Assembly: GCA_002441245.1 (NCBI GenBank)
Contig: DJVP01000011.1
Coordinates: forward strand, 193,722 to 257,721
Direction of reading: 5' to 3'
Source: Candidatus Omnitrophica bacterium UBA6253
GTDB taxonomy: Bacteria > Omnitrophota > Gorgyraeia > Gygaellales > Profunditerraquicolaceae
Length of the DNA stretch: 64,000 nt
The notes under the pieces: model-generated
Told to the model about the DNA's origin: nothing
What the model saw: only the letters and a program-made list of their open reading frames with translations
Database searches by the model: none
Part shown: positions 11,592-22,187 of the stretch, piece after piece
How positions within the stretch are numbered: the first letter of the stretch is position 1
Layout: each line of letters begins with the position of its first letter
Program-made: the position numbers and the translations under genes

Positions 11592-11629
11592 AAGTGGCCG
11601 GTGTACTTTCGATAGTAAAGGAAAAATAA

Positions 11630-12175
11630 ATGTCTAGAATCGGGAAAAAACTGGTAGTGATACCTAAAGAAGTAAAAATTGAAGTTAAGGATGGGGTAGT
11701 TTTTGTCGAAGGCCCGAAAGGCAAGCTCAGCAGGAAACTATCTGATCGAATCAGCGTGGAAATTAATGACAGCCAGCTTTTTGTCAAGAGGGTATCCGAT
11801 ACAAAAATAGATAAATCTATGCATGGTCTGTTCCGTGCTTTAATCATAAATATGATTAAAGGGGTAACGGAAGGTTATGTTAAAGAGCTTGAGATTAATG
11901 GGGTTGGTTTTAAGGCTGCGGTAAGTGGTGATAAATTAAATATGGCCCTGGGATTTTCCCATCCAGTCAATATTGCTATTCCTGCGGGGGTTAAAATCGA
12001 AACTCCTAAACCCACGCAAATAGTTATAAAAAGTTCTGATAAAGAATTGATCGGGAAAGTGGCATCTGAAATTCGTGCGATTTATCCCCCTGAGCCCTAT
12101 AAAGGTAAAGGTGTACGCTATTTAGGAGAGCATGTTAAAAAGAAGGTAGGAAAGGCGCAGGCAACCGGTAAATAA
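11630..12175 (+). CDS. rplF: 50S ribosomal protein L6
   Basis: 181 aa; MSRIGKK.V.IP. Confidence 0.95.
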   Translation: MSRIGKKLVVIPKEVKIEVKDGVVFVEGPKGKLSRKLSDRISVEINDSQLFVKRVSDTKIDKSMHGLFRALIINMIKGVTEGYVKELEINGVGFKAAVSGDKLNMALGFSHPVNIAIPAGVKIETPKPTQIVIKSSDKELIGKVASEIRAIYPPEPYKGKGVRYLGEHVKKKVGKAQATGK

Positions 12176-12177
12176 AA

Positions 12178-12537
12178 ATGAGAAAAAAGGAAGAATTAAG
12201 GTTAAAGAGACATAAAAGGATTAAAATGAGGATGTCAGGCACTCCGGAGAAACCCCGTCTGGTTGTGCACCGTTCTTTAAAAAACATCTCTGCCCAGGTA
12301 TTGGATGATACGACGGCTAAAGTTTTGTTTTCCCTGTCTACTAAAGATAAATCGTTAAAGCAGCAATTCAGCTCTGCGGGAAACCTTAAATCATCCGTGC
12401 TTTTTGGTGAAATCTTTGCCAAGTCCGCGAAAGAAAAGGGGATTAGTAAGGTAATCTTTGACCGGGCGGGTTACCTTTATCATGGCAGGATCAAGTCTTT
12501 TGCCGAAGCATTAAGAAAAGGTGGAATGGAGTTTTAA
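12178..12537 (+). CDS. rplR: 50S ribosomal protein L18
   Basis: 119 aa; L18 family, operon order. Confidence 0.92.
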   Translation: MRKKEELRLKRHKRIKMRMSGTPEKPRLVVHRSLKNISAQVLDDTTAKVLFSLSTKDKSLKQQFSSAGNLKSSVLFGEIFAKSAKEKGISKVIFDRAGYLYHGRIKSFAEALRKGGMEF

Positions 12538-12540
12538 ATT

Positions 12541-12993
12541 ATGCGTGAATTAAATATTGCACAGCAGTCAGATTTAATTGAAAAGGTAATTAGCATAAAC
12601 CGGGTTACCAAAGTAACCAAGGGGGGTAAAAAGCTGCACTTTAGCGCTTTAGTGGTTGTGGGTGATAGTAAGGGCAGGGTGGGGTTTGCTTTGGATAAAG
12701 CCAATGAAGTTGCCGAGGCTATCCGCAAGTCTTTGACTAAAGCCAAGAAGAGCCTTTTTAGGATCCCCATGGAGGGGGCAACTATTCCGCATGGGATAGT
12801 TGGCAAGTATGGTGCGGCAAGCGTTATGCTTAAACCTGCTTCTGAAGGTACAGGTGTTATTGCGGCTGGCCCGGTGCGCGCGATTTGTGAGGCAGCCGGG
12901 ATAAAGGATATACTTACCAAGTGTTTAAAATCAAATAATCCAATTAATGTAATCAAGGCTACGATGCAGGGCTTAAGGAGCCTTAAAGAGTAA
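12541..12993 (+). CDS. rpsE: 30S ribosomal protein S5
   Basis: 150 aa; [23 protein letters not shown]. Confidence 0.95.
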   Translation: MRELNIAQQSDLIEKVISINRVTKVTKGGKKLHFSALVVVGDSKGRVGFALDKANEVAEAIRKSLTKAKKSLFRIPMEGATIPHGIVGKYGAASVMLKPASEGTGVIAAGPVRAICEAAGIKDILTKCLKSNNPINVIKATMQGLRSLKE

Positions 12994-13001
12994 ATAATAA
13001 A

Positions 13002-13562
13002 ATGGAAGATAAAAAATCTAAAAAGAAACAGGTAATTAAGAAACCGGCGGTTAAGAAGGCCAAGGTTAATAACCCGGTTTTAAATAAAGTTGAAGAGAAG
13101 AGGCTGCCGCTAAGCCTGGTTGCTTTACACAGTTTGAAACGCCCGTTTGGTTCTCATAAGAAAAGAAAATATTTGGGCCGTGGACCAAAATCTGGTCATG
13201 GCAAGACGTCTACGCGTGGTAGCAAGGGGCAGACTTCACGGGCAGGGAGGCATTTTTATTTAGGTTTTGAGGGCGGTCAGTCTCCGCTTATCCGCAAGAT
13301 GCCCAAGCGTGGGTTTGTGAGTAATTTTAGGAAAACCTATCAGATTGTTAATCTCGAAGATTTAAATAAGATAAAGGAAACTGTAGTTACTCCGCAGCTT
13401 TTAAAGATAAATGGTTTAATCCGTGACGAGGGCGTTTTAATTAAGGTATTGGGGAACGGCAGTATTAAGAATGCGCTAACTGTACAGGCACATGCGTTTT
13501 CTAAGCGCGCTGCCTCCGAGATTGTCGCTGCCGGCGGAAAAGCGGAAATAATAAATGTTTAA
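13002..13562 (+). CDS. rplO: 50S ribosomal protein L15 with an N-terminal Lys-rich extension of about 38 aa
   Basis: 186 aa; the L15 core starts near LHSLKRPFGSHKKRKYLGRGPKSGHGKTS; no L30 gene between rpsE and rplO. Confidence 0.88.
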   Translation: MEDKKSKKKQVIKKPAVKKAKVNNPVLNKVEEKRLPLSLVALHSLKRPFGSHKKRKYLGRGPKSGHGKTSTRGSKGQTSRAGRHFYLGFEGGQSPLIRKMPKRGFVSNFRKTYQIVNLEDLNKIKETVVTPQLLKINGLIRDEGVLIKVLGNGSIKNALTVQAHAFSKRAASEIVAAGGKAEIINV

Positions 13563-14901
13563 CGCGTTAGTTAATGCGTTTAAGATCCCGGATCTAAAAA
13601 AGCGCTTGATTATAACAGGCGCGCTTATCGCGATTTACCGTGTAGGTTGTTATATTCCTACACCCGGTATTGATGGGGCGGCACTAGCGGATTTCTTTAA
13701 CCGTATTTCTAAGACTCAAGGCGGTACGCTCTTTGGCATAATTAATATGTTTTCCGGTGGCGCTATGGAGCGTCTGACTATATTTGCCCTGGGGATAATG
13801 CCCTATATCTCCTCGTCTATCATTATGCAGCTCTTGACTGCGGTTATCCCAGCCTTTGAGAAAATGGCTAAAGAGGGTAAAAGCGGATACGAAAAGATCA
13901 ATCAATTTACCCGCTACGGTACGGTTTTTCTTTCAGTTGTGCAATCATATTTTATTGCCCTATGGTTGGAAAATCCGGCGCGTTTTGAGGGGCTGCAGAT
14001 TGTTATGCATCCTGGTTGGGGTTTCCGAATACTTACTGTTTTGACTCTTACTACCGGCACGATTTTTATTATGTGGCTGGGAGAACAGATTCAGGAGCGT
14101 GGCATAGGAAACGGCATATCCCTGGTTATTACCGCTGGAATTATTTCAAGGATTCCCACTGCGCTTAATCAGTTGTTTGTTTTAATCTCTCCTTTTGCTG
14201 CAAGCCGCAGGCAGATTCAGCCGATTACCCTGTTAATTATGGCTTTGTTGCTGGTAGGGGTTGTGTTTGCAGTAATCATGATTACGCAGGGAGTAAGAAA
14301 AATCCCAGTGCAATATGCACGGCGTATCGTTGGTCGCAAAATTTACGGGGGGCAGAGTACGTATATACCTCTTAAGGTTGATACCTCCGGGGTTATTGCT
14401 ATTATTTTTGCGCAGTCAATCATACTTTTTCCGGCAACCTTAGCATCGTTTATTCCTAATCCGGGGTTTCAGCGGCTGGCTCAGGGGTTAATTCGCGGGC
14501 AGGTGTTGTATTCAGTAGTATATGCCCTTTTGATAGTTTTCTTCTGTTATTTTTATACCGCTATTGTATTTAATCCTAATGACCTGTCTGAGAATATGAA
14601 GAAATATGGAGGGTTTATTCCGGGGATACGTCCGGGAAAGCCTACCGCCGAGTTTCTTGATTATGTTATGACCAGGATTACTTTAGCCGGTGCCAGTTTT
14701 ATTGCTGTAATTGCAATATTCCCGGATTTTATCATGGCCTGGCTTAAGATACCTTATTTAGTAGCCTCATTCTTCGGTGGCACGGGAATTCTGATTATTG
14801 TCGGAGTTATGCTGGACACCTTGAAACAGATTGAATCGCATCTTTTGACGCATCATTACGAAGGTTTTATAAAAAGCGGGCATATTAAAGGGAGAAGATA
14901 A
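13555..14901 (+). CDS. secY: preprotein translocase subunit SecY
   Basis: 448 aa; multi-TM; conserved position after rplO. Confidence 0.95.
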   Translation: MFNALVNAFKIPDLKKRLIITGALIAIYRVGCYIPTPGIDGAALADFFNRISKTQGGTLFGIINMFSGGAMERLTIFALGIMPYISSSIIMQLLTAVIPAFEKMAKEGKSGYEKINQFTRYGTVFLSVVQSYFIALWLENPARFEGLQIVMHPGWGFRILTVLTLTTGTIFIMWLGEQIQERGIGNGISLVITAGIISRIPTALNQLFVLISPFAASRRQIQPITLLIMALLLVGVVFAVIMITQGVRKIPVQYARRIVGRKIYGGQSTYIPLKVDTSGVIAIIFAQSIILFPATLASFIPNPGFQRLAQGLIRGQVLYSVVYALLIVFFCYFYTAIVFNPNDLSENMKKYGGFIPGIRPGKPTAEFLDYVMTRITLAGASFIAVIAIFPDFIMAWLKIPYLVASFFGGTGILIIVGVMLDTLKQIESHLLTHHYEGFIKSGHIKGRR

Positions 14902-15551
14902 TGTATCTGGTGCTTTTAGGGCCACCCGGAGCAGGTAAAGGTACACAGGCAAAAAGACTGGCGGAGAAATTAGGCCTGCCGCATATATCTACTGGGGATA
15001 TTTTAAGGCAGAATGTCAAGGATGGGACTGTTTTAGGTAAAGAGGCAAAGGGGATAATGGAAAAGGGGCTGCTTGTACCGGATGAAATGGTCGCGGCAAT
15101 GCTCGATGAACGTTTTAATAATCCGGATATAAAAAAAGGTTTTATTCTGGATGGTTATCCTAGGACTTTACCTCAGGCTAAAACCCTGGATGAAATCTTA
15201 GCCTGTAAGAAACTTGCGGTAGATTTAGTAGTTTATTTAGATACAAGCGATGAGGTAATTATCAAGCGGCTCACCGGAAGGCTGGTTTGCTCTAAATGCG
15301 GAGCGAATTTCCATGTGTTGAATATGCCTCCCAAGAAAGCCGGATTGTGCGATAATTGCCAGGGTTCTTTGTATCAGCGTTCCGATGATAATGAAGTTAC
15401 GGTGCGTAAGCGCCTTGAAGTTTATAAGAATGAAGTTGCTTCTTTGATAAAGTACTATAACCAGCAGAATAAACTGCACAGTTTGAATGCGGATCTAGAT
15501 GCGCGCCAGGTGCTGGAACAGATTATTTTGCTATGTGCTAAGTTTAAGTGA
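14901..15551 (+). CDS. adk: adenylate kinase (zinc-binding LID)
   Basis: 216 aa; GPPGAGKGTQ P-loop; CSKCG...CDNC. Confidence 0.95.
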   Translation: MYLVLLGPPGAGKGTQAKRLAEKLGLPHISTGDILRQNVKDGTVLGKEAKGIMEKGLLVPDEMVAAMLDERFNNPDIKKGFILDGYPRTLPQAKTLDEILACKKLAVDLVVYLDTSDEVIIKRLTGRLVCSKCGANFHVLNMPPKKAGLCDNCQGSLYQRSDDNEVTVRKRLEVYKNEVASLIKYYNQQNKLHSLNADLDARQVLEQIILLCAKFK

Positions 15552-16291
15552 TTCCTATCAAGTCGGAAAAAGATTTGCAGATGTTAAGGCGCTCCGGCCG
15601 GATTCTTTCGGCTGTTATGCGTAAGGTAGAAAAAAGCGTACGGGCAGGGATTACTACCTTGGATATTGACCTCTTGAGTGAAAAGCTAATTCTTAAAGAA
15701 AATGCCCTGGCGGCTTTTAAGGGGTATAAAGGTTTTCCTGCAACAGCTTGTGTTTCCGTAAATGAGGAGATTGTACATGGTATCCCCGAGCCGAGGGTAA
15801 TCTTAGATGGGGATATTGTAAGTATAGATTTAGGTGTAAATTATCAAGGTTATTTCTCAGATATGGCAATTACCCTGCCTATAGGCAGGGTAGATGAAAA
15901 GAAAAGAAAACTGATTGAGACAACCAGGAAGGCCTTGGATATAGGAATCAAGCAGGCTCAATCGGGCAATTATTTAAGTGATATTTCTCATAGTATCCAG
16001 AGTTTTGTGGAGGGGCAGGGGTTTTCAGTGGTTAGGCAGTTTGTGGGGCACGGCATAGGAACTGCTTTGCATGAAGAACCGGAAATCCCTAATTTCGGAG
16101 CCGCGCGCTTAGGGCCGCTTTTAAAAAACGGGATGGTCCTGGCAATTGAGCCGATGGTTAATGCCGGCAGTTGGGAATGTTTTATTGCCAGGAATGGCTG
16201 GACAGCGGTAACTAAAGATGGACTGGCCTCAGCGCATTTTGAGCATACGGTAGCAGTTACTGATAAGGGGCCAATTATATTGACAGAGTGA
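15548..16291 (+). CDS. map: type I methionine aminopeptidase
   Basis: 247 aa; GTG start overlapping the adk stop; M24A motifs. Confidence 0.92.
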   Translation: MIPIKSEKDLQMLRRSGRILSAVMRKVEKSVRAGITTLDIDLLSEKLILKENALAAFKGYKGFPATACVSVNEEIVHGIPEPRVILDGDIVSIDLGVNYQGYFSDMAITLPIGRVDEKKRKLIETTRKALDIGIKQAQSGNYLSDISHSIQSFVEGQGFSVVRQFVGHGIGTALHEEPEIPNFGAARLGPLLKNGMVLAIEPMVNAGSWECFIARNGWTAVTKDGLASAHFEHTVAVTDKGPIILTE

Positions 16292-16292
16292 T

Positions 16293-16511
16293 ATGCCTAA
16301 AGAAGATCTGATTGAGACAGAGGGTAAGATAATTGAGGCATTGCCTAATGCCATGTTTAAGGTGGAGTTGGAAAACGGGCATGTGGTTTTGGCGCATGTT
16401 TCAGGTAAGATGCGCATGAATTTTATCAGGATTCTTCCGGGTGACAAAGTTAAATTAGAACTTTCTCCTTATGATTTAAGCCGGGGGAGAATTACTTTTA
16501 GGGTGAGATAA
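16293..16511 (+). CDS. infA: translation initiation factor IF-1
   Basis: 72 aa; S1-like; [16 protein letters not shown]. Confidence 0.95.
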   Translation: MPKEDLIETEGKIIEALPNAMFKVELENGHVVLAHVSGKMRMNFIRILPGDKVKLELSPYDLSRGRITFRVR

Positions 16512-16513
16512 TA

Positions 16514-16627
16514 ATGAAAGTTAAAGCGTCGATTCGTAAGATTTGTGATAAGTGCAAGATAATAAAAAGAAGAGGGGTAGTGCGTGTGATCTGCGCTACT
16601 TCTAAACACAAACAAAGACAGGGTTAA
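16514..16627 (+). CDS. rpmJ: 50S ribosomal protein L36 (zinc type)
   Basis: 37 aa [37 protein letters not shown]; below the ORF-track size cutoff. Confidence 0.9.
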   Translation: MKVKASIRKICDKCKIIKRRGVVRVICATSKHKQRQG

Positions 16628-16647
16628 TATTTCTTTAAGGAGCTAAT

Positions 16648-17055
16648 ATGCCAAGAATTATGGGTATTGATATACCTAAGGAAAAAAGAATTGAGATTGC
16701 CCTTACTTATTTTTATGGTATAGGCCGGGCGCTCTCTAATGTTGTGCTTAAGGAGGCCGGGATCAACCCGGATAAACGGGCAAAAGATTTAAGCGAAGAA
16801 GAAGTTTCGCGTCTTACCAATATCCTTCAGAAGGGAAGCTTGAGAATTGAAGGTGATCTGCGGAGAGATGTATCCCAGAATATTAAGAGGCTTATGGATA
16901 TCGGTTCCTGGAGGGGGATGCGCCATAAGAAAGGGCTCCCGGTCAGGGGGCAGCGCACACGCACTAATTCACGCACTAGAAAAGGGAAAAAGAGAGTTAA
17001 CCTGGCAGTCAAAAAGGTAGAACCGGCGAAAACAGCCAAACCTGCTGGTAAATAA
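16648..17055 (+). CDS. rpsM: 30S ribosomal protein S13
   Basis: 135 aa; [10 protein letters not shown]. Confidence 0.95.
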   Translation: MPRIMGIDIPKEKRIEIALTYFYGIGRALSNVVLKEAGINPDKRAKDLSEEEVSRLTNILQKGSLRIEGDLRRDVSQNIKRLMDIGSWRGMRHKKGLPVRGQRTRTNSRTRKGKKRVNLAVKKVEPAKTAKPAGK

Positions 17056-17071
17056 GAGGAGTAAATAGAAT

Positions 17072-17461
17072 ATGGCAACAAAAGAGAAGGCTAAAAAGAA
17101 AAAGATTGCTAAGGGGATAACTAGCGGTATCGCGCATATCCAGGCAAGTTTTAATAATACCATTATTAGCATAACTGATAAACAGGGCAATGTTATAGCC
17201 TGGAGCGCTCCGGGCAATGTTGGTTATAGCGGATCTAAGAAATCAACCCCTTTTGCCGCCCAGGTGGCTGCAACCGATGCTGCTAGGAAGGCTAAAGAGG
17301 TAGGTCTTAAAGAGGTTGAAGTTTATGTAAAGGGGCCGGGTTTTGGCAGGGAGTCGGCAATCCGCGCACTTCAGGCCGCAGGCTTGGTGGTAACTTTGAT
17401 TAAGGATGTAACTCCTATTCCTCATAATGGTTGCCGTCCTAAGAAGAAAAGGAGAGTCTAA
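17072..17461 (+). CDS. rpsK: 30S ribosomal protein S11
   Basis: 129 aa; [14 protein letters not shown]. Confidence 0.95.
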   Translation: MATKEKAKKKKIAKGITSGIAHIQASFNNTIISITDKQGNVIAWSAPGNVGYSGSKKSTPFAAQVAATDAARKAKEVGLKEVEVYVKGPGFGRESAIRALQAAGLVVTLIKDVTPIPHNGCRPKKKRRV

Positions 17462-17464
17462 TTT

Positions 17465-18094
17465 ATGGGTCGCTATACTGGTGCAGTTTGCAGGTTATGC
17501 CGTAGACAGGGAGAAAAGTTGTTTTTAAAAGGGACTAAATGTCAGGCTGAAAAATGCCCGGCAAATAAAAGGGCGTATCCTCCTGGGCAGCATGGAGAAG
17601 GCCGGAGAAAGAAGCTTTCTAATTACGGCATGCAGCTTAAGGAAAAACAAAAAGTAAAAAGAATTTACGGTGTACTGGAAAAACAGTTTCGTAAATATTT
17701 CAAGATTGCCTCAAAGACCAAAGGCGTAACCGGTAAGGTGCTTTTACAACTTTTAGAGCGTAGGCTTGATAATGTAGTCTTCCGTATGGGGCTGGGTATT
17801 TCACGTTCGCAGGCGCGTCAGATTGTAAGGCATAACTTGATAGCGGTTAATTCCCGCAGAGTTAATATTCCATCCTATCTAGTGGATAAAGATGACGTGG
17901 TTGAAATCAAATCCAAAGACAAGCCCAAGATTAAAATTAAGGATAATTTGGAGCTTTCTAAAGATAGAACTGTTCCTAACTGGCTTGAGTTTTCAGCGGC
18001 AGAGATGAAAGGCAAAGTCCTGAGGCTTCCGGAGAAAACCGATATTCAACAGCCGATTCAAGAACAGTTAATCGTTGAGCTGTATTCTAAATAA
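17465..18094 (+). CDS. rpsD: 30S ribosomal protein S4 (Zn-finger type)
   Basis: 209 aa; CRLCRR...CQAEKC. Confidence 0.95.
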   Translation: MGRYTGAVCRLCRRQGEKLFLKGTKCQAEKCPANKRAYPPGQHGEGRRKKLSNYGMQLKEKQKVKRIYGVLEKQFRKYFKIASKTKGVTGKVLLQLLERRLDNVVFRMGLGISRSQARQIVRHNLIAVNSRRVNIPSYLVDKDDVVEIKSKDKPKIKIKDNLELSKDRTVPNWLEFSAAEMKGKVLRLPEKTDIQQPIQEQLIVELYSK

Positions 18095-18145
18095 ACATCT
18101 TAAGGTATTTGAATTTTTCTGGACAAAAGATAAAGGAGAAGATAA

Positions 18146-19138
18146 ATGGGTATAAAATGGAGAGATTTTCAGTTTCCTAAGAAACTCGAATGCGATGAGT
18201 CAACATATACGGATACCTATGGAAAGTTTATGGCTGCCCCCTTTGAGAGAGGCTATGGCGTAACATTAGGCAATTCATTAAGGAGGGTATTGCTTTCTTC
18301 GATAGAAGGAAGCGCGGTGAGCGCAGTTAAAATTGCAGGAGTTTCACATGAATTTTCCGCTATCCCGGGAGTCTTAGAGGATGTCCCGGAGATAATCCTG
18401 AATATTAAAAGCCTTATTTTAAATTCTCATTCAAAGATCCCGAAGACAATTTACTTAAAGGCCGATAAAAAGGGTGAAGTTAAGGCTAAGGATATTGAAG
18501 CGGATGAAACGATTGAAATAATCAACCCTGAGTTGCATATCGCTACTCTTACCAAAGATACAAAGCTTAATATCGAGATGGAGGTTTCCCGCGGCAGAGG
18601 ATATGTATCGGCAGAGCTGAATAAAAAAGAAGATAAGATAGCCGGTTTCATCCCTGTTGACTCAATATTTACTCCTGTTAAGAAAATCAACTATTTTGTG
18701 GAGAATACCCGCGTTGGCCAGCGGACTGATTACGATAAGTTGATTGTTGAGATTTGGACTAACGGCAGTATTAATCCCAAGGATGCCTTGCTTTATGCCT
18801 CCAATATTTTACAAAGGCATTTGGATATATTTGTTAATTTCGGACAGCTCCCTGAAGATATCGCAGAAGAAGAACCGGAGATGACTAAAGAGGAAGCGGT
18901 TTTATATGAAAAATTAAGGCTGCCTATTTCCGAACTTGAACTTTCAGTCAGGAGTTCTAACTGTTTAAGGGAGGCAGGGATTAAAATTATTGCCGATCTG
19001 GTCAAGAAAAGCGAAGAAGAGATGCTCAACTTTAAGAACTTTGGCAAGAAATCCCTTACCGAAATACAGGAATTGCTTATGGGTATGGGGGTAACTTTGG
19101 GGATGCAGATTGATCCTAAGAAAATAAAGAAGGGTTAA
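18146..19138 (+). CDS. rpoA: DNA-directed RNA polymerase alpha subunit
   Basis: 330 aa; N-terminal dimerisation domain and alpha-CTD. Confidence 0.95.
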   Translation: MGIKWRDFQFPKKLECDESTYTDTYGKFMAAPFERGYGVTLGNSLRRVLLSSIEGSAVSAVKIAGVSHEFSAIPGVLEDVPEIILNIKSLILNSHSKIPKTIYLKADKKGEVKAKDIEADETIEIINPELHIATLTKDTKLNIEMEVSRGRGYVSAELNKKEDKIAGFIPVDSIFTPVKKINYFVENTRVGQRTDYDKLIVEIWTNGSINPKDALLYASNILQRHLDIFVNFGQLPEDIAEEEPEMTKEEAVLYEKLRLPISELELSVRSSNCLREAGIKIIADLVKKSEEEMLNFKNFGKKSLTEIQELLMGMGVTLGMQIDPKKIKKG

Positions 19139-19143
19139 ATAAA

Positions 19144-19722
19144 ATGAGACATGCAAAGAAAAGACTGCAGCTGAGCCGTTTCACTAGTTGGCATAAAGCA
19201 ACAATAAAAAGCCTGGCAAGAAATGTTATTATTAATCAAAGCATTAAGACTACTTTGGCCAGGGCCAAGGCCAGCCGGCAGATGATTGAGAAACTTATAT
19301 CATTAGCTAAAGAGAATACGCTTTTTGCCCGCAGGCAGGCGCAAAAAGTTTTAGGAGAGCATAAATTGGTAAGTCTTCTTTTTAATGAAATCGGTCCGCG
19401 TTTTTCCAAACGTAGCAGTGGTTTCACCAGGATTATCGGATTGGGCAAGCGCAGGGGGGATGATGCCGAAATGGTCATCTTTGAACTTACTGAAATAAAG
19501 AAAAGGGCTGCTAAAAAACCTAAGCTTGCTAAGGAGTCCAAGCCCCAACCAACCCAGCCTGCAGATGAAACAGTTGAAGAAAAACCTGTTAAGGCGGAAA
19601 CTGAAAAAGAAAAAAAACAGGAACCAGCGGTCAAAGAAAATCCGGCTAAGGACAAAAAACCGCAGAAGAAATTTATTGGAGGCATAAGAAATATATTTAG
19701 GAAGAAAAGCGATTCTTTGTAA
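19144..19722 (+). CDS. rplQ: 50S ribosomal protein L17 with a K/P/E-rich C-terminal extension
   Basis: 192 aa; MRHAKKRLQLSR start; low-complexity tail of about 70 aa. Confidence 0.9.
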   Translation: MRHAKKRLQLSRFTSWHKATIKSLARNVIINQSIKTTLARAKASRQMIEKLISLAKENTLFARRQAQKVLGEHKLVSLLFNEIGPRFSKRSSGFTRIIGLGKRRGDDAEMVIFELTEIKKRAAKKPKLAKESKPQPTQPADETVEEKPVKAETEKEKKQEPAVKENPAKDKKPQKKFIGGIRNIFRKKSDSL

Positions 19723-19738
19723 GTAATGAAAAACTTCT

Positions 19739-20914
19739 ATGAAGATAGATACAAGGCTTGCGGAGCGTTTAAAAAAGATAAATCCTTCTTCAACTCTGGC
19801 GATAACATCTAAAGCTAAAAAGCTTAAAAGTGAAGGAAAGGATATAGTTACTTTTGCCGCCGGTGAGCCTGATTTTGACACACCTGATTTTATCAAAAAC
19901 GCGGCAGTTGAGGCTTTAAAGTCAGGATTTACCAAATATACCCCCACCACAGGCATTCCTGAGCTAAAAAAAATAATTTGCCAGAAATTTAAAAGAGAAA
20001 ATTCACTGGCGTATGCGCCCGACCAGGTTATCGTTTCCAATGGGGCTAAGCATAGTATTTATAATGCCCTTATGGTGTTGTTGAATAAGGATGATGAGGT
20101 ACTTATTCCTCTGCCTTACTGGGTGAGTTACCCTGAAATGGTTAATCTTTGCGAGGCTACACCGCGTTTTATTAAAACGACCGCCGCTAATAATTTCAAA
20201 ATTACCGTAGCCGATCTTAAGAGATGTATTACCCCAAAAACTAAGGTATTGATTATTAACAGCCCGTCAAACCCGGCCGGAGCAGTTTATGGCCGTTTTG
20301 AGCTTGAAGAAATTGCCAAAATCTGTGTGAGCAAGAATATTTTTGTGATCAGTGATGAGATATATGAAAAGATTATTTTTGATGGCGTAAAACACGAATC
20401 AATCGCCAGTTTCAATAAAGATATCTATGATTTGACGATTACAGTTAATGGTTTGTCCAAAAGTTATTCTATGACCGGTTGGCGTATTGGTTATCTTGCC
20501 GCCCCCAGCGATGTAGCCAATGCCATTTCCAATCTGCAGGATCATTCAACATCTAACCCGAACTCTATAGCCCAGAAAGCAGCCGTAGCAGCATTATCCG
20601 CTCCTGAAGATTTTACGCTTAATTTATGCCAGGAGTTTCAGAGGAGAAGGGACTATTTGGCGGGGCGTTTAAGCGAGATTGGGAAATTGAGTTTTACTTT
20701 GCCGCAGGGGGCTTTTTATATGTTTTGTGATATATCAAAAACAGGCCTTAATTCCATGGATTTTGCCAGGCGCCTGCTTGATGAAGAATATGTAAGCGTT
20801 ATTCCGGGAGCAAGCTTTGGTATGGATGATTGCATAAGGATAAGCTTTGCTACAAGCATGGATGAGTTAAAGAAAGGCATGGACAGGATAGGCGGGTGGG
20901 TAGAGAAATTATGA
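19739..20914 (+). CDS. class I/II pyridoxal-phosphate aminotransferase (aspartate aminotransferase-like)
   Basis: 391 aa; SKSYSMTGWRIGY PLP-lysine region. Confidence 0.85.
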   Translation: MKIDTRLAERLKKINPSSTLAITSKAKKLKSEGKDIVTFAAGEPDFDTPDFIKNAAVEALKSGFTKYTPTTGIPELKKIICQKFKRENSLAYAPDQVIVSNGAKHSIYNALMVLLNKDDEVLIPLPYWVSYPEMVNLCEATPRFIKTTAANNFKITVADLKRCITPKTKVLIINSPSNPAGAVYGRFELEEIAKICVSKNIFVISDEIYEKIIFDGVKHESIASFNKDIYDLTITVNGLSKSYSMTGWRIGYLAAPSDVANAISNLQDHSTSNPNSIAQKAAVAALSAPEDFTLNLCQEFQRRRDYLAGRLSEIGKLSFTLPQGAFYMFCDISKTGLNSMDFARRLLDEEYVSVIPGASFGMDDCIRISFATSMDELKKGMDRIGGWVEKL

Positions 20915-22167
20915 GACCTCAGACCATAGCTGAGAAGATTTTAAGCAGGCATTCAGGAAAGAATTTAGCTGCAGGTGATTTTGCAGTATGTAAAGTTGAT
21001 TTTGCTTTCGGCCAGGATGGCACCTCTTCGATAATAATTGACCGGATTAAAGAATTAGGGGTTAAGGATTTTAAAACTAAGTTTTGTATGGTAATTGACC
21101 ATAGCGCGCCAAGCCCAAGCGAAGGGGTTTCCCGTGTGCATAAGAAAATGCGCGATTTCTCCAATAGTTTTAAAACCAGGATATTTGATATTGGATGTGG
21201 GGTTTGCCACCAGGTTATCCCTGAATCGGGGAATGTCCTGCCGGGTTATCTGGTTTTAGGAGCGGATTCACATACCTGTACTTATGGAGCTTTAGGCGCA
21301 TTTTCTACCGGGGTTGGTTCTACTGACTTAGCTATAGCTCTTGCTACCGGGAGGAATTGGTTTAAGGTACCTGAGACCATAAAGATTGTAATTAAGGGCA
21401 AGCTGGCAAAAGGTGTTTTTGCCAAAGATGTAATTTTGTATATAATCGGAAAATTAAAAAGCGATGGGGCAACCTATAAAACAGTTGAATTTTCCGGGCC
21501 TGTAATTGATAATATGGGTATGGATGGCCGTTTTACCATCTGCAATATGCTGGTGGAGTTGGGGGCAAAAGCAGGATTTATGCCTGTAGATAAGAAAACT
21601 CTTGTCTGGCTGAGGTCTAGAATTGGTAAGGACAAGCATTTTGAACAAATCTCTGCTGATAAGGGCGCATCTTATGAAAGCGTTTATGAATTTGATATTT
21701 CCAGGCTTAAACCTATGGTTTCTATGCCGCATAGCGTAGATAATGTTTCTGAGGCGCATGTTTTGAAAAAGGTGAAGATTGGAGAAGCTTTTTTAGGCAC
21801 TTGTACTAATGGGCGGATAGATGATTTTAAGGCAGCGGCAAAAGTTTTAAATGGGCGAAAAGTTTGCCCGCAGGTAAAATTTATTATTGCCCCGAGTTCG
21901 CGCGAAGTTTATCTGGAGGCTTTAAGGCTGGGATTAATCGATATATTTATTAAGGCCGGCGCTGCTATTGTAGCGCCAGGCTGCGGGCCTTGCGTAGGCA
22001 CGCATAACGGTGTGCCTTCCGATGGGGAAGCGGTTATTTCAACTGCCAACCGTAATTTTAAAGGCAGGATGGGTAATCCTACGGCATTTATATATTTGGC
22101 TTCTCCGGCTACGGTTGCCGCTTCAGCGCTTAAGGGTTATATAAGCGATCCAAGGGGTTACTTCTAA
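20911..22167 (+). CDS. aconitase-family dehydratase large subunit (archaeal-type LeuC / homoaconitase-like)
   Basis: about 418 aa; ATG 20911 overlaps the aminotransferase stop (ATGA); three Fe-S cysteines (GTCTNG, GCGPCVG). Confidence 0.8.
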   Translation: MRPQTIAEKILSRHSGKNLAAGDFAVCKVDFAFGQDGTSSIIIDRIKELGVKDFKTKFCMVIDHSAPSPSEGVSRVHKKMRDFSNSFKTRIFDIGCGVCHQVIPESGNVLPGYLVLGADSHTCTYGALGAFSTGVGSTDLAIALATGRNWFKVPETIKIVIKGKLAKGVFAKDVILYIIGKLKSDGATYKTVEFSGPVIDNMGMDGRFTICNMLVELGAKAGFMPVDKKTLVWLRSRIGKDKHFEQISADKGASYESVYEFDISRLKPMVSMPHSVDNVSEAHVLKKVKIGEAFLGTCTNGRIDDFKAAAKVLNGRKVCPQVKFIIAPSSREVYLEALRLGLIDIFIKAGAAIVAPGCGPCVGTHNGVPSDGEAVISTANRNFKGRMGNPTAFIYLASPATVAASALKGYISDPRGYF

Positions 22168-22187
22168 TTAAATATTAAGGAGGGATT

